A stretch of 64,000 nt of DNA. Origin: Bigelowiella natans CCMP2755 (lineage: Eukaryota > Protista > Cercozoa). Below are positions 1 through 13,027 of the stretch, one piece after another. Position 1 is the first letter of the stretch. Each line of letters opens with the position of its first letter. Both the position numbers and the translations under genes were made by a program. The stretch covers positions 54,925-118,924 of the forward strand of contig ADNK01001587.1 in the NCBI GenBank assembly GCA_000320545.1. Direction: 5' to 3'. Under the pieces are notes generated by a model. That model saw nothing but the letters and a program-made list of their open reading frames with translations. It was not told the DNA's origin and did not search any database.

Positions 1-156
1 ATCATTTTGCAAATAGGGTTGTCATGAATCACATTGACATCGCTACTACTATTCTCATCAACACCGTCATGCCATTATAATCGTTATCGTCCTTTATTTT
101 TAGCACTACTTTTATCGTTCTCATTGCCACCCTCGTCATCCCATATTAAAAAATAG

Positions 157-242
157 ATTGCCTTCAACACTAAGTGGTTTGCCCGCAAGTTTACACTCGA
201 AGGGAAAGTGGACACCGATCTCGCCTTCGAAGCGCTCGGGTA

Positions 243-276
<34 letters not shown>

Positions 277-279
277 AGA

Positions 280-314
<35 letters not shown>

Positions 315-367
315 GATGGTATACAAATACACATCTCAATCAAACACACACAAATACAAACACACAT

Positions 368-403
<36 letters not shown>

Positions 404-706
404 GCAAACACATAGATCTTGCGTTGGACGGTTTGGGTCCCTGCTTGTGAAGAGTAAGAAGGGCAACTATTACTATGTTCCTTGCGTTGGCAAAAGCGCA
501 ACTACCGATCTGTACAGGAGCATCAAGGTGCATGATTGCTAAAATCACCCCAGAAAAAGGATAGACATCATTTAGATTAATGCTGCATAGTATCACATTC
601 TACATCTCACATATCATATTGCTTGCATCAGACATCATGCCGGTCATACTGCATATTTCACACTTTGCATAGGATATGATATCGTTCATCGGATAAAATC
701 ATGCAC

Positions 707-748
<42 letters not shown>

Positions 749-1091
749 TGTATATTTGATATTATTCATCACAAATACATCATGAATACTTTGTTACCTT
801 CCCGAACATCATCACCATCCTCATCATAGGAAACTTGTGAGGAATGGGGCATGGGGTTGACGGAGAAGAAAAAGTTGGCAACGAGCTGGAAGATCAATGG
901 AGCTGTTACGGGAACACCAGCAGAGGTTCATCAAGTTCATCATCGCCACTGCTGTCGCCTTTGTAGTCAGCATCATCACCACCATTAGCAGCAGCATCAA
1001 TCACCACTGCCTTTGTCACTAGTGCCATTCTCGTCAATGATTGCATGATCGTTTATCTCAGGTTGACATTGAAGTGAACGAAGATGACTAA
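157..1091 (+). CDS. 3' end of a multi-exon gene of unknown function (5' part lies upstream of the window)
   Basis: Exons 157-239, 416-527, 830-925 and 1062-1091 have AG/GT boundaries and join in frame: IAFNTKWFARKFTLEGKVDTDLAFEALGSCVGRFGSLLVKSKKGNYYYVPCVGKSATTDLYRSIKETCEEWGMGLTEKKKLATSWKINGAVTGTPAEVDIEVNEDD*. No family recognised. Confidence 0.8.
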
Positions 1092-1170
1092 CAAACCAAA
1101 GAACACTTTCACTCAGTTGCCTAGCTAGTCTACCAAGTGCCACCGTTTTCAGAGCACATGAGCGACATTT

Positions 1171-1703
1171 CAAATGATAGACATGCAATACACAATATAT
1201 ATATAGTGTATTGCTGTGTCTATTATTCAAGCTAGCCTGCGACACATTCACTCAGGGTGCGATCTGAAGTCTGACAATCATCATGCAGCCTTGTTTGCGT
1301 CGACGCATGCTTTCGCCCTGCGCAACAATGAACACACTGCATTTGAACTTTCATTGTGTTGATCATTGTGGTCACGTGCACAGCCTGTGCACACACGGCC
1401 ACACACGATGTCGAAATGTTTGATTTCGAAATGAACGGAGTGTGAGAAAAGTCAGTGTAGTAGCCATTCCAATGTTTGTGAGAAACCCGCCATGCAAAAC
1501 TTCATCGTTTGACAATGAGCGCATGAGTCTGATGTCTGTCTAGCTGTGTGTGCAGCAAGCGGGGGATGCATGCGGCAGCGACGGTGCTGCCACCACGCGG
1601 CGGCTACGATGCTGTGCTTTCGCATAATCTGTGCGCACGATAATAGACACAGCAATACACTACACATATGATATATGTTGTGCATTGCATGTCTATCATA
1701 TGA
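1171..1703. repeat. Two oppositely oriented copies (1171-1227, 1640-1703) of a ~60-bp hairpin repeat; possibly the TIRs of a ~530-bp element
   Basis: Reverse complement of 1171-1227 (taatagacacagcaatacactatatatatattgtgtattgcatgtctatcatttg) aligns with 1641-1702 (taatagacacagcaatacactacacatatgatatatgttgtgcattgcatgtctatcatatg). Confidence 0.75.
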
Positions 1704-1940
1704 CAAGTTTTTGTGCTGCACCGCCTGCCTGCAAGCACCAGAGCATTGCCACATGCGGATCCCGTGCACTTGCACGAAACAGTGCTAGAGTGGGGTTCGT
1801 TTGCCTTCACAATGGTGATTGAGTCACACGTCAAGCTGCCCTTCATTTGCCGCCACAAGAAGAGCAAATTTACTTCACTAACTTACCCCTAACCCTTTAG
1901 CATCACCGGTTTCTCAGTGGCTGCTCCCGACTCCATCCCT
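1230..1940. repeat. TpA-depleted, TGCA/CATG-rich intergenic island 1 (decayed repeat DNA)
   Basis: Hand count: 4 TpA in 1261-1620 (GTAG x2, CTAG, CTAC) against >20 CpG. No credible ORF. Confidence 0.75.
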
Positions 1941-2057
1941 CGTCTTCTGCGAGCACGTAGGAAACTCGCACAGAGTTATCAAGGGGAAAAAACAACCGTT
2001 TTCCCCTGTGCGACATACAAGCAACAAGCTTTTTCTCTAGTTTCATGAAGTATTTTA

Positions 2058-2816
2058 TCATGTCGCAGAAACTAAAATAGAATTGGCTTCCGAATCAATT
2101 ATGTCGCACAGCAAAATCCAAAGGTGTTTGAAAAGTTCGGAGGGGTACCTCTTCGACAAATCTCCGGAGAAATGTTCTATCATTGTTCTTTGAGGATGTA
2201 TGGCTGCAATTATATGGAAAATGCAGGATATTTCGATAAAAACGGTGCAAATCCCGGATCCGAACTCGTGGTACAGGCCACATCTCAAGCCAGATAGGTT
2301 TTCACAGCCACCTGCCACACAGGAAGTGGAGGGAAGGAGGAAAAGAAGGAGGAAGAGAAGGAGGAGGAGGAAAGATGGTTTTAATACTCGAATCGTTTTT
2401 AAATATGCGTACTTACTTGATTCAGGTTGTGGAACGACTGACAGATGCTCCGTCTTATCTCTAGATCCGCGAAAAATAAGGCAATATCAATCCCATGCTG
2501 CTTCGATAAGAGCACCTTCATATTTCCCAATCGATAAAGACACAATATATGACCATGCTCCCACTGTTGCTTAGGGAAACTGGCTGCGTGCTTTCTCTTC
2601 TAGCCCTCCTCAAATTCAAGTTGGCTTGCCGAGTTCTGCTGAGCATATTGACCAGGCAAATAACCAATAACAAAGCATGGCCACACTTTCACAAAATATC
2701 AGATAGATAATTATAGATATCCGCAATAACTCACAAATGCGAGTGAGTACAAAAAGGGAGAGAGAGAGGGCGGAAGAGAGAGTTGAAAACTTCTGAGGAC
2801 ATAGGCGCACAAACAT
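2058..2816 (-). other. Possible spliced minus-strand transcript (small gene, pseudogene or lncRNA) divergent from the aminotransferase
   Basis: Minus-strand donors GTGAGT (~2734) and GTAAGT (~2416), and a pyrimidine tract plus CAG acceptor (~2312-2370). No convincing protein could be assembled. Confidence 0.3.
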
Positions 2817-2924
2817 CGAACGCTCGCTTTGCCAAACAACATATATTGAATCGAGATGGGACCGCTATACATTCGATAATATCCACAATTCGCAATTAAA
2901 TCACTGACCACGTACATCTTCTGT

Positions 2925-3721
2925 ATGGTACACGCACAGGTTTTCAAGCATGATTACATTCCGGTGAGTAATAGCCTGAGAATCGATAATACATAGCAAC
3001 AGTGAGTCTACTACAATTCCTTTGAGTGTTGGAGTAAAATGCGTGTTTTTGCATGAAAATTGCATTTGTACGAATAAAATGTTAACGAACAGATAACGTA
3101 ATGCGAAACACTTGGGTTGCACTTATTATTCTCTTTATCATACAAGATTCCAGAGCTGAAATTCAAGGATAACACATCCGGACAACCAAGTAAACTACAC
3201 GACAAAGAGGTAGTACGACGTTCTGAACGGATATTATTAGATTAGCAGATGGAGAAGATCAAGCAGTATGAGTTATGCTATAAGTGAGAGTATGCTACGC
3301 ATTATGCACAATAATACTTATTGGTGTATCGATTTACACTTGAACAATTTGTTTATACATCAATATCTGTTGTTTTCAGAGCTGGAGCAAAGCAGAAGTT
3401 GATGAAGCACTTGAAGCAAACTGTGTCTTCGCATGGGGTCCGTCTGTGCGTTTTATCAACGAGAGCATATCATCATATCACTAGGATATAGTAGGGATGA
3501 GGAGGATGAGGAAGAGAGATTGACCTCAACACATCTCAAAGCAACCGTTAGTCAAACATTTAGCGGTGATGTGTGTGGATGTTATGGCAGGTCCTTCCAA
3601 CGCACTGCGCAACGCATGCCCTACAATGGTGCGGGGAGATGGTGTATGGCTATACGACAACGCTGACAAGAAGTAATACATGTATACAATTCATACGTGC
3701 ATACATGCATGCCACCATGTG

Positions 3722-3764
<43 letters not shown>

Positions 3765-4552
3765 ATTATTATGAAATAGCTAGTATACTAACAAAATAAT
3801 CCTCAGTATATGCAATGGATTCATAGCCGTTGCTCTTCTTATCTTGCCCCTCCCCTCTCCTTTCTTCGTGTCAACTGTTAATGACAGGTACTTGGATTGG
3901 AGTGCAGGTGCTGTGTGCTCGAATCTGGGAAATTCAATGCCAAAAGAAGTGAAAGAAGCGATGCAGGAACAAATGGTGATGACCCATGATGACGATGATG
4001 ATGATGAAGAAGAAGAAGAAGATGATGATGATATTAACGATGTCCTTACACCTGTCCGGTAGTATGATAACATGAATTGTGATGAGAAGATGATGATGAT
4101 GATGCTGATGATGATGATGGAACTTGGTAGGAAGCAGCGCCGTTTGTATACGGTGACCTAGCTGTGACGGAAGTACGAGCCAAGCTTTGTGCTCTTCTTG
4201 CCGATATATCCCCAGGAGATCTGAACGGATTCATCTTTGCTAGGTGATGGTTTATCATAGCGACAAGCGACTACAATGATGATAACGATGATGATGATGA
4301 TGATGATGATGAGCTAGCAATAATATGATGAAGCTCTCACAAATGATATTATTTACAATAAAAACAACAATGATATAGTTTCTTTCCCCTGCAATGACCT
4401 ATTGCGTACGTGCTGTGTCAGTGGAGGGGCCGAGGCCAACGAATGCGCTCTCAGGATGGCAAGGAGATACACTGGGCGGTACAAGATTATGAGCCGTTAT
4501 CGTTCATACCATGGAGGTATCAATACAAATTGTAACAGAAGTAGTAGTAGTA

Positions 4553-4584
<32 letters not shown>

Positions 4585-4838
4585 ATATGAATTTCTAATA
4601 GCAGTAACGACGATGACAAGTTTGCGATCGAGGGGACAGACATATCTGTATTATATTGTGTTGATGTGCTGCATATGTGTTCTTCCATTCCTCTTCTCTT
4701 TCTTTCTTTCTTTCTCTAGGTACCACATCGACGTTGGCAATGACTGGTGATCCGCGCACATGGGCAACCGATACGCAAACCACTGGATTTGTGAAGATCC
4801 CTGATCCATTCCCCTTTTCCTACTCCTGGGGTAAGTAA

Positions 4839-4869
<31 letters not shown>

Positions 4870-5832
4870 AGAAATATAGCATCATTATCATCATTGTCAT
4901 CATTATCATAATTATCATATCATCACCATTGAGCCATTGACGACTACTACGCACGTAATGATAAATAATGGGAATAATCATAAATACATAAATAACCGCA
5001 GGTGGCGACTCAGAGACCGCTGCTAAGAAAGCATTGGACGCTCTACACGAGCAGGTTGGCTATTGACATGATGCCGTGTTTTCTAACTTATTCTCCATTT
5101 GAGAATGCGCATGCACCTTCAAATCAACTAGCCTTTGTTGTGCTCTTTTTCCCCCTTACTCATCATCATCATCATCATCGTCATCATTCTCACTATTTGA
5201 ATTACTCTCAGATATTGATGGAAGGGCCTGAAAGCATAGCAGCAATATTCATGGAATCAATTACCGGCAGCAACGGCTGGCTGCTGCCTCACCCTACCTA
5301 CATGCAGGTACTATCATGGAGGATAATGTGTGTTCTCTTGGTAGTCTCGTCTGGTGCCAATTATATGCTTTTGTCCCAGTCACTTCTTACCATACATTAC
5401 TCTACTGCTACTGCGAAATGTAAACGACATATATTTATGAAAATTTTGCTAATATCATTATATATAGCCTTAATTCCCTCATCTGACTTGTTTGGTTATT
5501 ACGTGTTGTATTATTTATCTACCAGGGTGTACGTGCTCTGTGTGATGAGTATGGTATTCTCATGGTCGCTGACGAGGTGATAATTATTCAAAGATGATGA
5601 TGATGATGATGATAATGATGATGATGATGATGATGATGATGTGGGTATTATTATCTGATATGCGAGTGAATAACTTGCTGCTGCTAGGTAATGACCGGAT
5701 TTGGAAGGACGGGGCAGCTCTTCGGTTTCCAAAACTTTCCAGGAGTCATCCCTGATATGTTTACGGTAATAGTAGTAATAGTAGTAGTAGTTGTAATAAT
5801 AATAGTAGTATCATCGTGATTTCATGATGATA

Positions 5833-5864
<32 letters not shown>

Positions 5865-6415
5865 AGCTAGAACCACAGCATCCACCAACAATCATATTCG
5901 TTTGTGCGAATTTCAATGATACTGCTAGTACAGTACTCGGATGAATTGCGTGTGAGAAAAGAAGTTCATCTTCGGCGTCTTACAGCTCTCATTATCATCA
6001 TCGCTATCATCATCATCATCATCATTATCATCATCATCACCATCATCGTTCCTTCATTCATTCCTGGAGGCTACCACTGCTTTTTATAATTATTATCATC
6101 ATTTTTGTCAAAAGTCATCCCTACATTTTTATTATTATCACTATTATTCTCAATTGTTTCAAAGCAGCCACCCCAATCTTGCTCTCTCTTGTGATGACAA
6201 CACACACATTGATACTACTGTTACTACTATGATATCTTAGTTTGCCAAAGGGGTTTCAGGAGCATTCCAACCTCTCAGTGGTGTAGGTAGTAACCAAGAG
6301 CATTAGCAGCAACCAACAGTAGTAAGTAGTCGTGGAAGTAGTGGGAGCAGCACGCACTTCATGAGGGCTCTCCTTCCGATTGAATTCGTGTTATTTTAGT
6401 ATCACGCCATTCAAA

Positions 6416-6465
<50 letters not shown>

Positions 6466-6634
6466 TGATTTTGATTCATAATGAGCAGTTTGCAATAACG
6501 ACACCACCCCATCATATTCCAGGCATGTCGGACAAAATCTTTGATTTCTACCGTACCAACGCTCCAGCATATGGTTCTACTTACTCAGGTGATTTCCCCC
6601 TCTGTCCTCTATCTTCCTTTTTTTCCCCCTTTTC

Positions 6635-6686
<52 letters not shown>

Positions 6687-7614
6687 CTCTCTTTTGAGTG
6701 GAGAGTGTTGGTCAGTGAAGAGAGAACACTAACATGATCTAACATCCTTAATCTCAATTTGAAACATGCAATAATATCGTGTTATCATGCCCCTTCTTCG
6801 CCATTGCAGGACACCCAATTCCAGTTGCATGCGGATATGCGGTAGTAGCACATCCTCATCATCATTCTCATTGTTTCATACCTGATGATGATCCTCAACC
6901 CGGTTGTTAGGTGGTGAAATACATCCTTGAAAACGATATTCCTGGCCACGCCAAGAAAATGGAGGCAACCCTTGCTGAAGGTTATGATACTGCTACGCAC
7001 ATCAAAAATAATGTGAAAAATGTGCAGCAGCCAGCCAGCACATTATCATCTCAACTTGTCGGCGTCTCCCTTTCTCCAGGTCTTGCTCGGTTGGTCGCAA
7101 CACATAAATCAGCGAAACAGGCGCGTGTCATCGGTCTAGCTGGAGGTACATATTCTCAATAGTAGCCTAATTATAGCGTGTCATCGGTCTAGCTGGAGGT
7201 ACATATTCTCAATAGTAGCCTAATTATAGCGTTGTTATCAATAGCAAACAGTATTATGGAGAGTCCATACTCACAATTCATATTCTTTGCTTTTCCTCTT
7301 CCTCCTGCTCCTCCTATTCGCTATTACTACTACTACTACTACTACTACCACTATCCACCCCCTCACCATAGGTGTTGATATCGCTGGTCTAGATGGCTCA
7401 TCTTTAATGAAGATGCATCAAACTCACCCAGCAGCGGGATACTTCAAGAAGTATGGCGTCTTCTTTTACCACTGTTGCTTACATGCAATCGATATGAGTA
7501 AAAGAAGGAGAAGAAGACTTAATTTTGACGTATTAGTTAGATCCTACGTTCCTGCGTTAGGGTTGTTTATTTATGCCAAGTAGTAAACCACTCCGACTAT
7601 TCTTTTTGGAATTC

Positions 7615-7688
<74 letters not shown>

Positions 7689-8050
7689 CCTCAACCGCTT
7701 AATCCCCTACCTTTCCTCTTTCTCTTTCCTCACCTAGTCGTCTGAAGGAAGAAGGTCTTATTACGTTGGTCAGAGGGCACCACATGCATTGTACTCCTCC
7801 TTTGATCATATCAGAGGTATGATGATGATGATGCAGCAGCAGCACTCAGCAGAAACACTAAATCAATGCCGATGAAAATGATGATGATGACGGTGAGCAG
7901 GAATAGAAAAAGAAGATAAACTTTTTTAAAAACGTATCATAGATTTATTTTGCTTTATTGTCTTATTAGAGCGAAATAACAACTGGCATTGATATTCTGG
8001 ACAAGTGCTTTGGTGACCTAGATGCATTTCTTCAGCAAGACTCTTCTTAA
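2925..8050 (+). CDS. Class-III PLP-dependent aminotransferase (omega-amino acid / taurine-pyruvate aminotransferase-like), 20 exons
   Basis: In-frame spliced product MVHAQVFKHDYIP...GDGVWLYDNADKKYLDWSAGAVCSNLG...FASGGAEANECALRMARRYTGRYKIMSRYRSYHGGT...IAAIFMESITGSNG...DEYGILMVADEVMTGFGRTG...PDMFTFAKG (PLP lysine)...YGSTYSGHP...CTPPLIISE...QDSS*. All introns GT-AG. Substrate not determinable. Confidence 0.95.
7123..7228 (+). repeat. Exact 53-bp tandem duplication spanning an exon end and its donor site
   Basis: gcgtgtcatcggtctagctggag|gtacatattctcaatagtagcctaattata occurs at 7123-7175 and 7176-7228. Confidence 0.95.
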
Positions 8051-8199
8051 ACACAGACTAAAGAAATGAAGTATGAGAGTGAAGCATTGTATGTGCCCAA
8101 ATCTTCATGGGAAACAACTCTCAGCTAAATTTAGTTACAGTAAATTAGTAATATGTAGCAGACATAGGATGTATGAAAGGTAACAGATGGATGCTTGGT

Positions 8200-9550
8200 T
8201 AGGCGTTCTCATCCTGTCCGCCATGCACACATGCTAGCATGTAAAAACGGGCAGCGCATATATGCACTAGATCTAGAGATGTAGCCATTTATCATGTCTT
8301 GCAGAGGTGCGACGTGTGTCCATGCAATGTGGACCATGCCAGTCTAGCAGTGTGCATATGAAGAGTACGTACGCTAGTACGATACGATCGATGCGATATG
8401 TGCATGCATTCGTCTCTGCGCAGCATTTCTAGCTAGACGCGCGCGTGCTACTAGCTAGCACGATTAATGGTGCTGCTGCAATAACCGCATCATGCATCGT
8501 GGGCTAAATGGGCAGCATGGATCGGAGTCGATCCACCATGCATGCGCGCATGCATGCACACATCACATGTCGACGACAGTGTAACTTAATGGTACACCGC
8601 TGGGACGACAAAATTAGACAAAATCGCACTCCTGACATCCGCGCTAAATTGTTTTGTTTAGGTAAAATCACCTCATTTAATTGATTTTTTGTTCTTTAAT
8701 TTGGACATGAATTCCAGTTTTCAAAATCTCAAAAATTGAATTTCTCCAAAACTAGACCATTGCGGCACTCAGGGCCAGTGCATTCATGTGCAGCTTCGCA
8801 TGCTGCTCCTTGTGATGTGTTCCACGAATGCTTGGCGAGCATTTTAACCTTCCGGTGTACCCGCCCTGCGTGGGGGCAAGTTGCCACTACATGCTCGACA
8901 CATGTCGTGTGATGACATGTGCCGCGTGCGTGCACCATGCATGCCATGTGCATGGACACATTTGTGCTGTGCGCATGCTAGCGATAGCATGGCTGCACAT
9001 CAGTCTAGCAGTGCTAGAGTGCCACATTGTGTCGTCCATGATGCACATGTTAATTTCATTGGACCACAGCTAGCAGCTGCATGCGAATGCACAGTCCACG
9101 CGCTCGCACCCGCAGATGGTATGGCGGTATAGTACGTGGCCTATGCTGTGGCATGTGGTATTGCACATCGCAAAATAGCGTTCGCACAATCCGTGTCTAT
9201 CCGCCAGCCCATCAACCTCACGCAGCGCATAAACAAGCTTGTTCGTTGCGTTAACAAACTAAGAGAGAGGCACGCCTGCTTTCGATTCGTTACTGTAGCA
9301 AGCGTAGCAATAGCATTCTGCCCGCCCATGCACGTGCAACGCAATTTTAACTTTCAGAGCATCGATCACTGTTTGCTAGCTAATGATGACTATCATCATC
9401 AATTGCATTCGCTTTTCGCTAATGTATCAAGGAAAATTGGAACGCACGATCGTAGCATGGTGCATGATAAACATACTGCGCTTCAGACAACGGACACATA
9501 TGTGGATGAGGATGCCCACCGTATGCACATGCATGTTATGTGCACAGCAT
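8200..9550. repeat. TpA-depleted intergenic island 2 between convergent genes
   Basis: Dense GCATGC/ACATGT/GTGCAC/CTAG words with CpG retained. Spurious ORFs here are rich in His/Cys/Met/Ala and poor in Tyr. Confidence 0.75.
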
Positions 9551-9794
9551 GTTGTTAGGGTTGGGTTTTTATGTGAAAATCTTATGCATACAAGGGAAGT
9601 AAATTCCCAAAACGAGAACTCAAAACTATAGGCCTTCTTGCAACACAACGGACGCATCAAACACTTTCCTGACTTATGCTATCTGCAGTACCCTTTTCTG
9701 CACCATGTCCTTTCAAAATGGAACCTAAATAATAACACACACACACAAATAACCAGGAAGGCGTGAATGAGACAGCAGAGAACCGTTCTAAACA

Positions 9795-10475
9795 TTATAG
9801 GAATATACGAATAGGCGAAGCAACTGGTGTGTCGTCAGAGTAAGCTGCGAAATATATACATTCTAAAAAGATTTGTAAATTATGATAATCTTACTTAAGA
9901 AAGGTTTGGCAACTTCTGAGTCGTCTTCCGCTGTGTCCATGTAGGATACAATCTGTTGTAGTTGTAGGAGGAAGAAGAAGAGATAAATACGAAAGGAGAT
10001 ATTAATTCTCACATTACTACTGTTAACTTTGAGTTAATGATAAGGGTGTAGATTTCGTGTCCTACGTGCTGCAAAATACTTCTACATGACTACCTCCTTC
10101 TTCCTTATAGTCATTCGTTTTTCATTGTAAACCACGTACGAGTGTGCTACGAATAAAGATAAAAGAGACTGATGAAAAGAGAAATGTCTCCTCATGGGTA
10201 GAATTCATATAAATCTATCGATTGTCAATGGAATTCTCCCAATATTATTCTTGGCGTGTTGGATGCCTATTTGTATGGAATCTAAGGGTAAGATTTGTTC
10301 TTAACCCATCCACATTCATTGTTCTGCTTCTCTACTACGCTTGCTACTTCCACTACTACTGCTGTTACTTGTACTACTCCTAACATACTCTAACACATCA
10401 TTTCTTGACACCTGCGAAGGCCATACTGGTGATGATAATACCAGCGATGGAAAGTGGCGCTGTGCTCTAATGATA

Positions 10476-10554
<79 letters not shown>

Positions 10555-10577
10555 CACAATCCATTTTATAAGCTAGA

Positions 10578-10622
<45 letters not shown>

Positions 10623-11539
10623 GAGAGGGATGAGGGGGGAAGGGTGGAGGAGAAGAGAGAGTTCATAATACAATATCCTATCAGATGTAGCGCGCTCTAT
10701 GTTACGAAAATTGCATTTCTATATCTTTGGACTCGCGTTGATTTAAGTACTGCTAGAGCAAAAGCAACCTGTTTGAAGAAAAGATATGATAATGCAATAG
10801 TAACACCAGTCTTGAAACCCTTAGAGGACAGGAAGAAGTAGTAATTTGATGAAGAAGAACATGTATTAGAAACCATTAACGTAAAGCGGTGGATTGATGG
10901 ACGATGACAAAAGTAACCACAGAGACAATCAGCCGTTTCGAGTGGAAATAGGCATCATTATCTTGAATATTCTTGACAAACTAATGACTTTCTTGAAGTA
11001 TGAGCATAATGGAAGAAGATGCTACTACTACTAAGGATCATTATCATGATCACAGAAAATTCTACGATACAAATCTTGTTGGCCGCTATTATTTTACCCC
11101 TGCGACTGCGAAGTAAACACTTGATGTGTACTTTATCAAAGCAATCTAGGGGGAGGGTTGGCACACGAGATAACAAGTATTTTGTCATATTTCTTTCCGC
11201 TCACTTTAGTTGCAATTGCGATCATGATTTCAAAGTAATCTGTCGTTCATATCTGTTGTCTTCCACCTCCTCTCCCTCCTCCCACTTCTCCTCTGACTAC
11301 TTTTTCTTCTACTGATCTTATCATTACTACCGAGGTAAGATTATACGCTACGGCCATTGTGCATCCAGCAAGAAGAAGCAGCATCACATGTAACCATCCA
11401 TACTATTCGTGGTCCGTAATCAAAGGTAAATTAGAATAATGAAGTACACAAAAAGTAGTATTTCATCGAAGCAATTTACCTTCTCTACAGCGTCAACAAA
11501 CATCGGGAGATCTCCCATCATTAGCGACACTGGAACTAA

Positions 11540-11578
<39 letters not shown>

Positions 11579-12989
11579 GGTTAGGAAGATGTTATTTACG
11601 CTTCATATAATAAATACAGCAGCAGTCTCTCCTAATTATTGTGAACTACTACTGTTGTTGATTGTTGTTGGTTTTGTTTTGTTTTTACATAGGAGAATGA
11701 TGGAAGGAATAGAAGTATAGAGAAGAATATCCAGAACTTGCAGTACAACTCTTTGTCCACCAAGGAAAAATCCAGTCAGTACCAACTGTGGAAACAACAA
11801 AGACAATGTCCATCATCTTTGAATTATACCAAGTTTCTTATTCTTCTTATTCTTCTTGAAAATAAAAGCTCAAATTTCCTTTTCTGTGACCTGAAATGTG
11901 CTTCCAAGAATGGAAGACAGGCAGAGCGACACTCCGATAAACTCAAAATCCTTTAATAATAATTTTGTACAAACGAGCCTCAGAAGAAGAAAGTCATTTA
12001 TGCTCATAACTGCGGAGGATGATGGTAGGTACATCGTATTTAGGATCATCATCTTTGTCTATACGGAAATTAGCGGACAATGACTACAAAAGTACTACTA
12101 CTACTACTACTCTGCTACAATGACTACCGTTGAAGTTGCAACCCCCAAGACTAGTCCAAAGCAGAGAATGGCTAGAGTGCTCTTTGTTTACCAAAATAGG
12201 CAGCAGCATATGATTACACCCATCAGCGTCAATGTCATCTCCATCATCTCCATCATCTCCATCATCATTATCATCATCCTTTATAGAAAGATATGAACAT
12301 GTCCGAAATCATGTTTGATGACGCTACTACCATGTTTGCCAGTGAGTATCTTTTTCCCTCCACAAAGTAGGCGACAAGAGCAACGGTCACAGGAGACATT
12401 GATCTATTTATAAGTTGTACGGACTATTTGCTCTATGTAGCATAAGTTGTATAGTGAAAAGTAACGAAATCATCATTCACAAGTAAACAATTATTTGGTG
12501 ACTTGGTTCTATTTACTTAGTTGTACCGTATCATTTGGTTGATGGCAATTGAGCAGAACATAAGTGAGACGTTGTTGAGCGCAATGGAAAGGACGAATCC
12601 GAAAGGGATAATTAGGAGCTTGCAAAACATCGCTGTCATCACATCAGTTATGTTGATGAATATGTCATATATCACGTAACTCAACGAAGGAAAGGTAACA
12701 AATCTCAACAGTGTAGTAGGAGGCATGAATAGCTGTGATGATCTTAACAAAAAGAAGTAGGGAAGAAGAGAGAGAGAGGGAGATGCTGACAAATGATACA
12801 TAAATGTGTGTTTGTTTGCACAAAGTAAGGATATATCGCACTGATTCTAATGTGTGTTTGTTTGTAGGGTGTATCGCTCTAATTCTAAGTTTGATCAAAA
12901 CTCTACAAAGTACTACAAAAGTATGATGACGTTTGTTATTTTAATTCATGCACGCATTACAACTATTATTCTTCCCGTTTCGATATCAT

Positions 12990-13027
<38 letters not shown>

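Noticed and set aside
1886-9564. Telomere-like words at island edges (cccctaaccct ~1886; ttagggttggg ~9554)
   Set aside because: Fewer than two full units each and absent from the other islands; compatible with chance.
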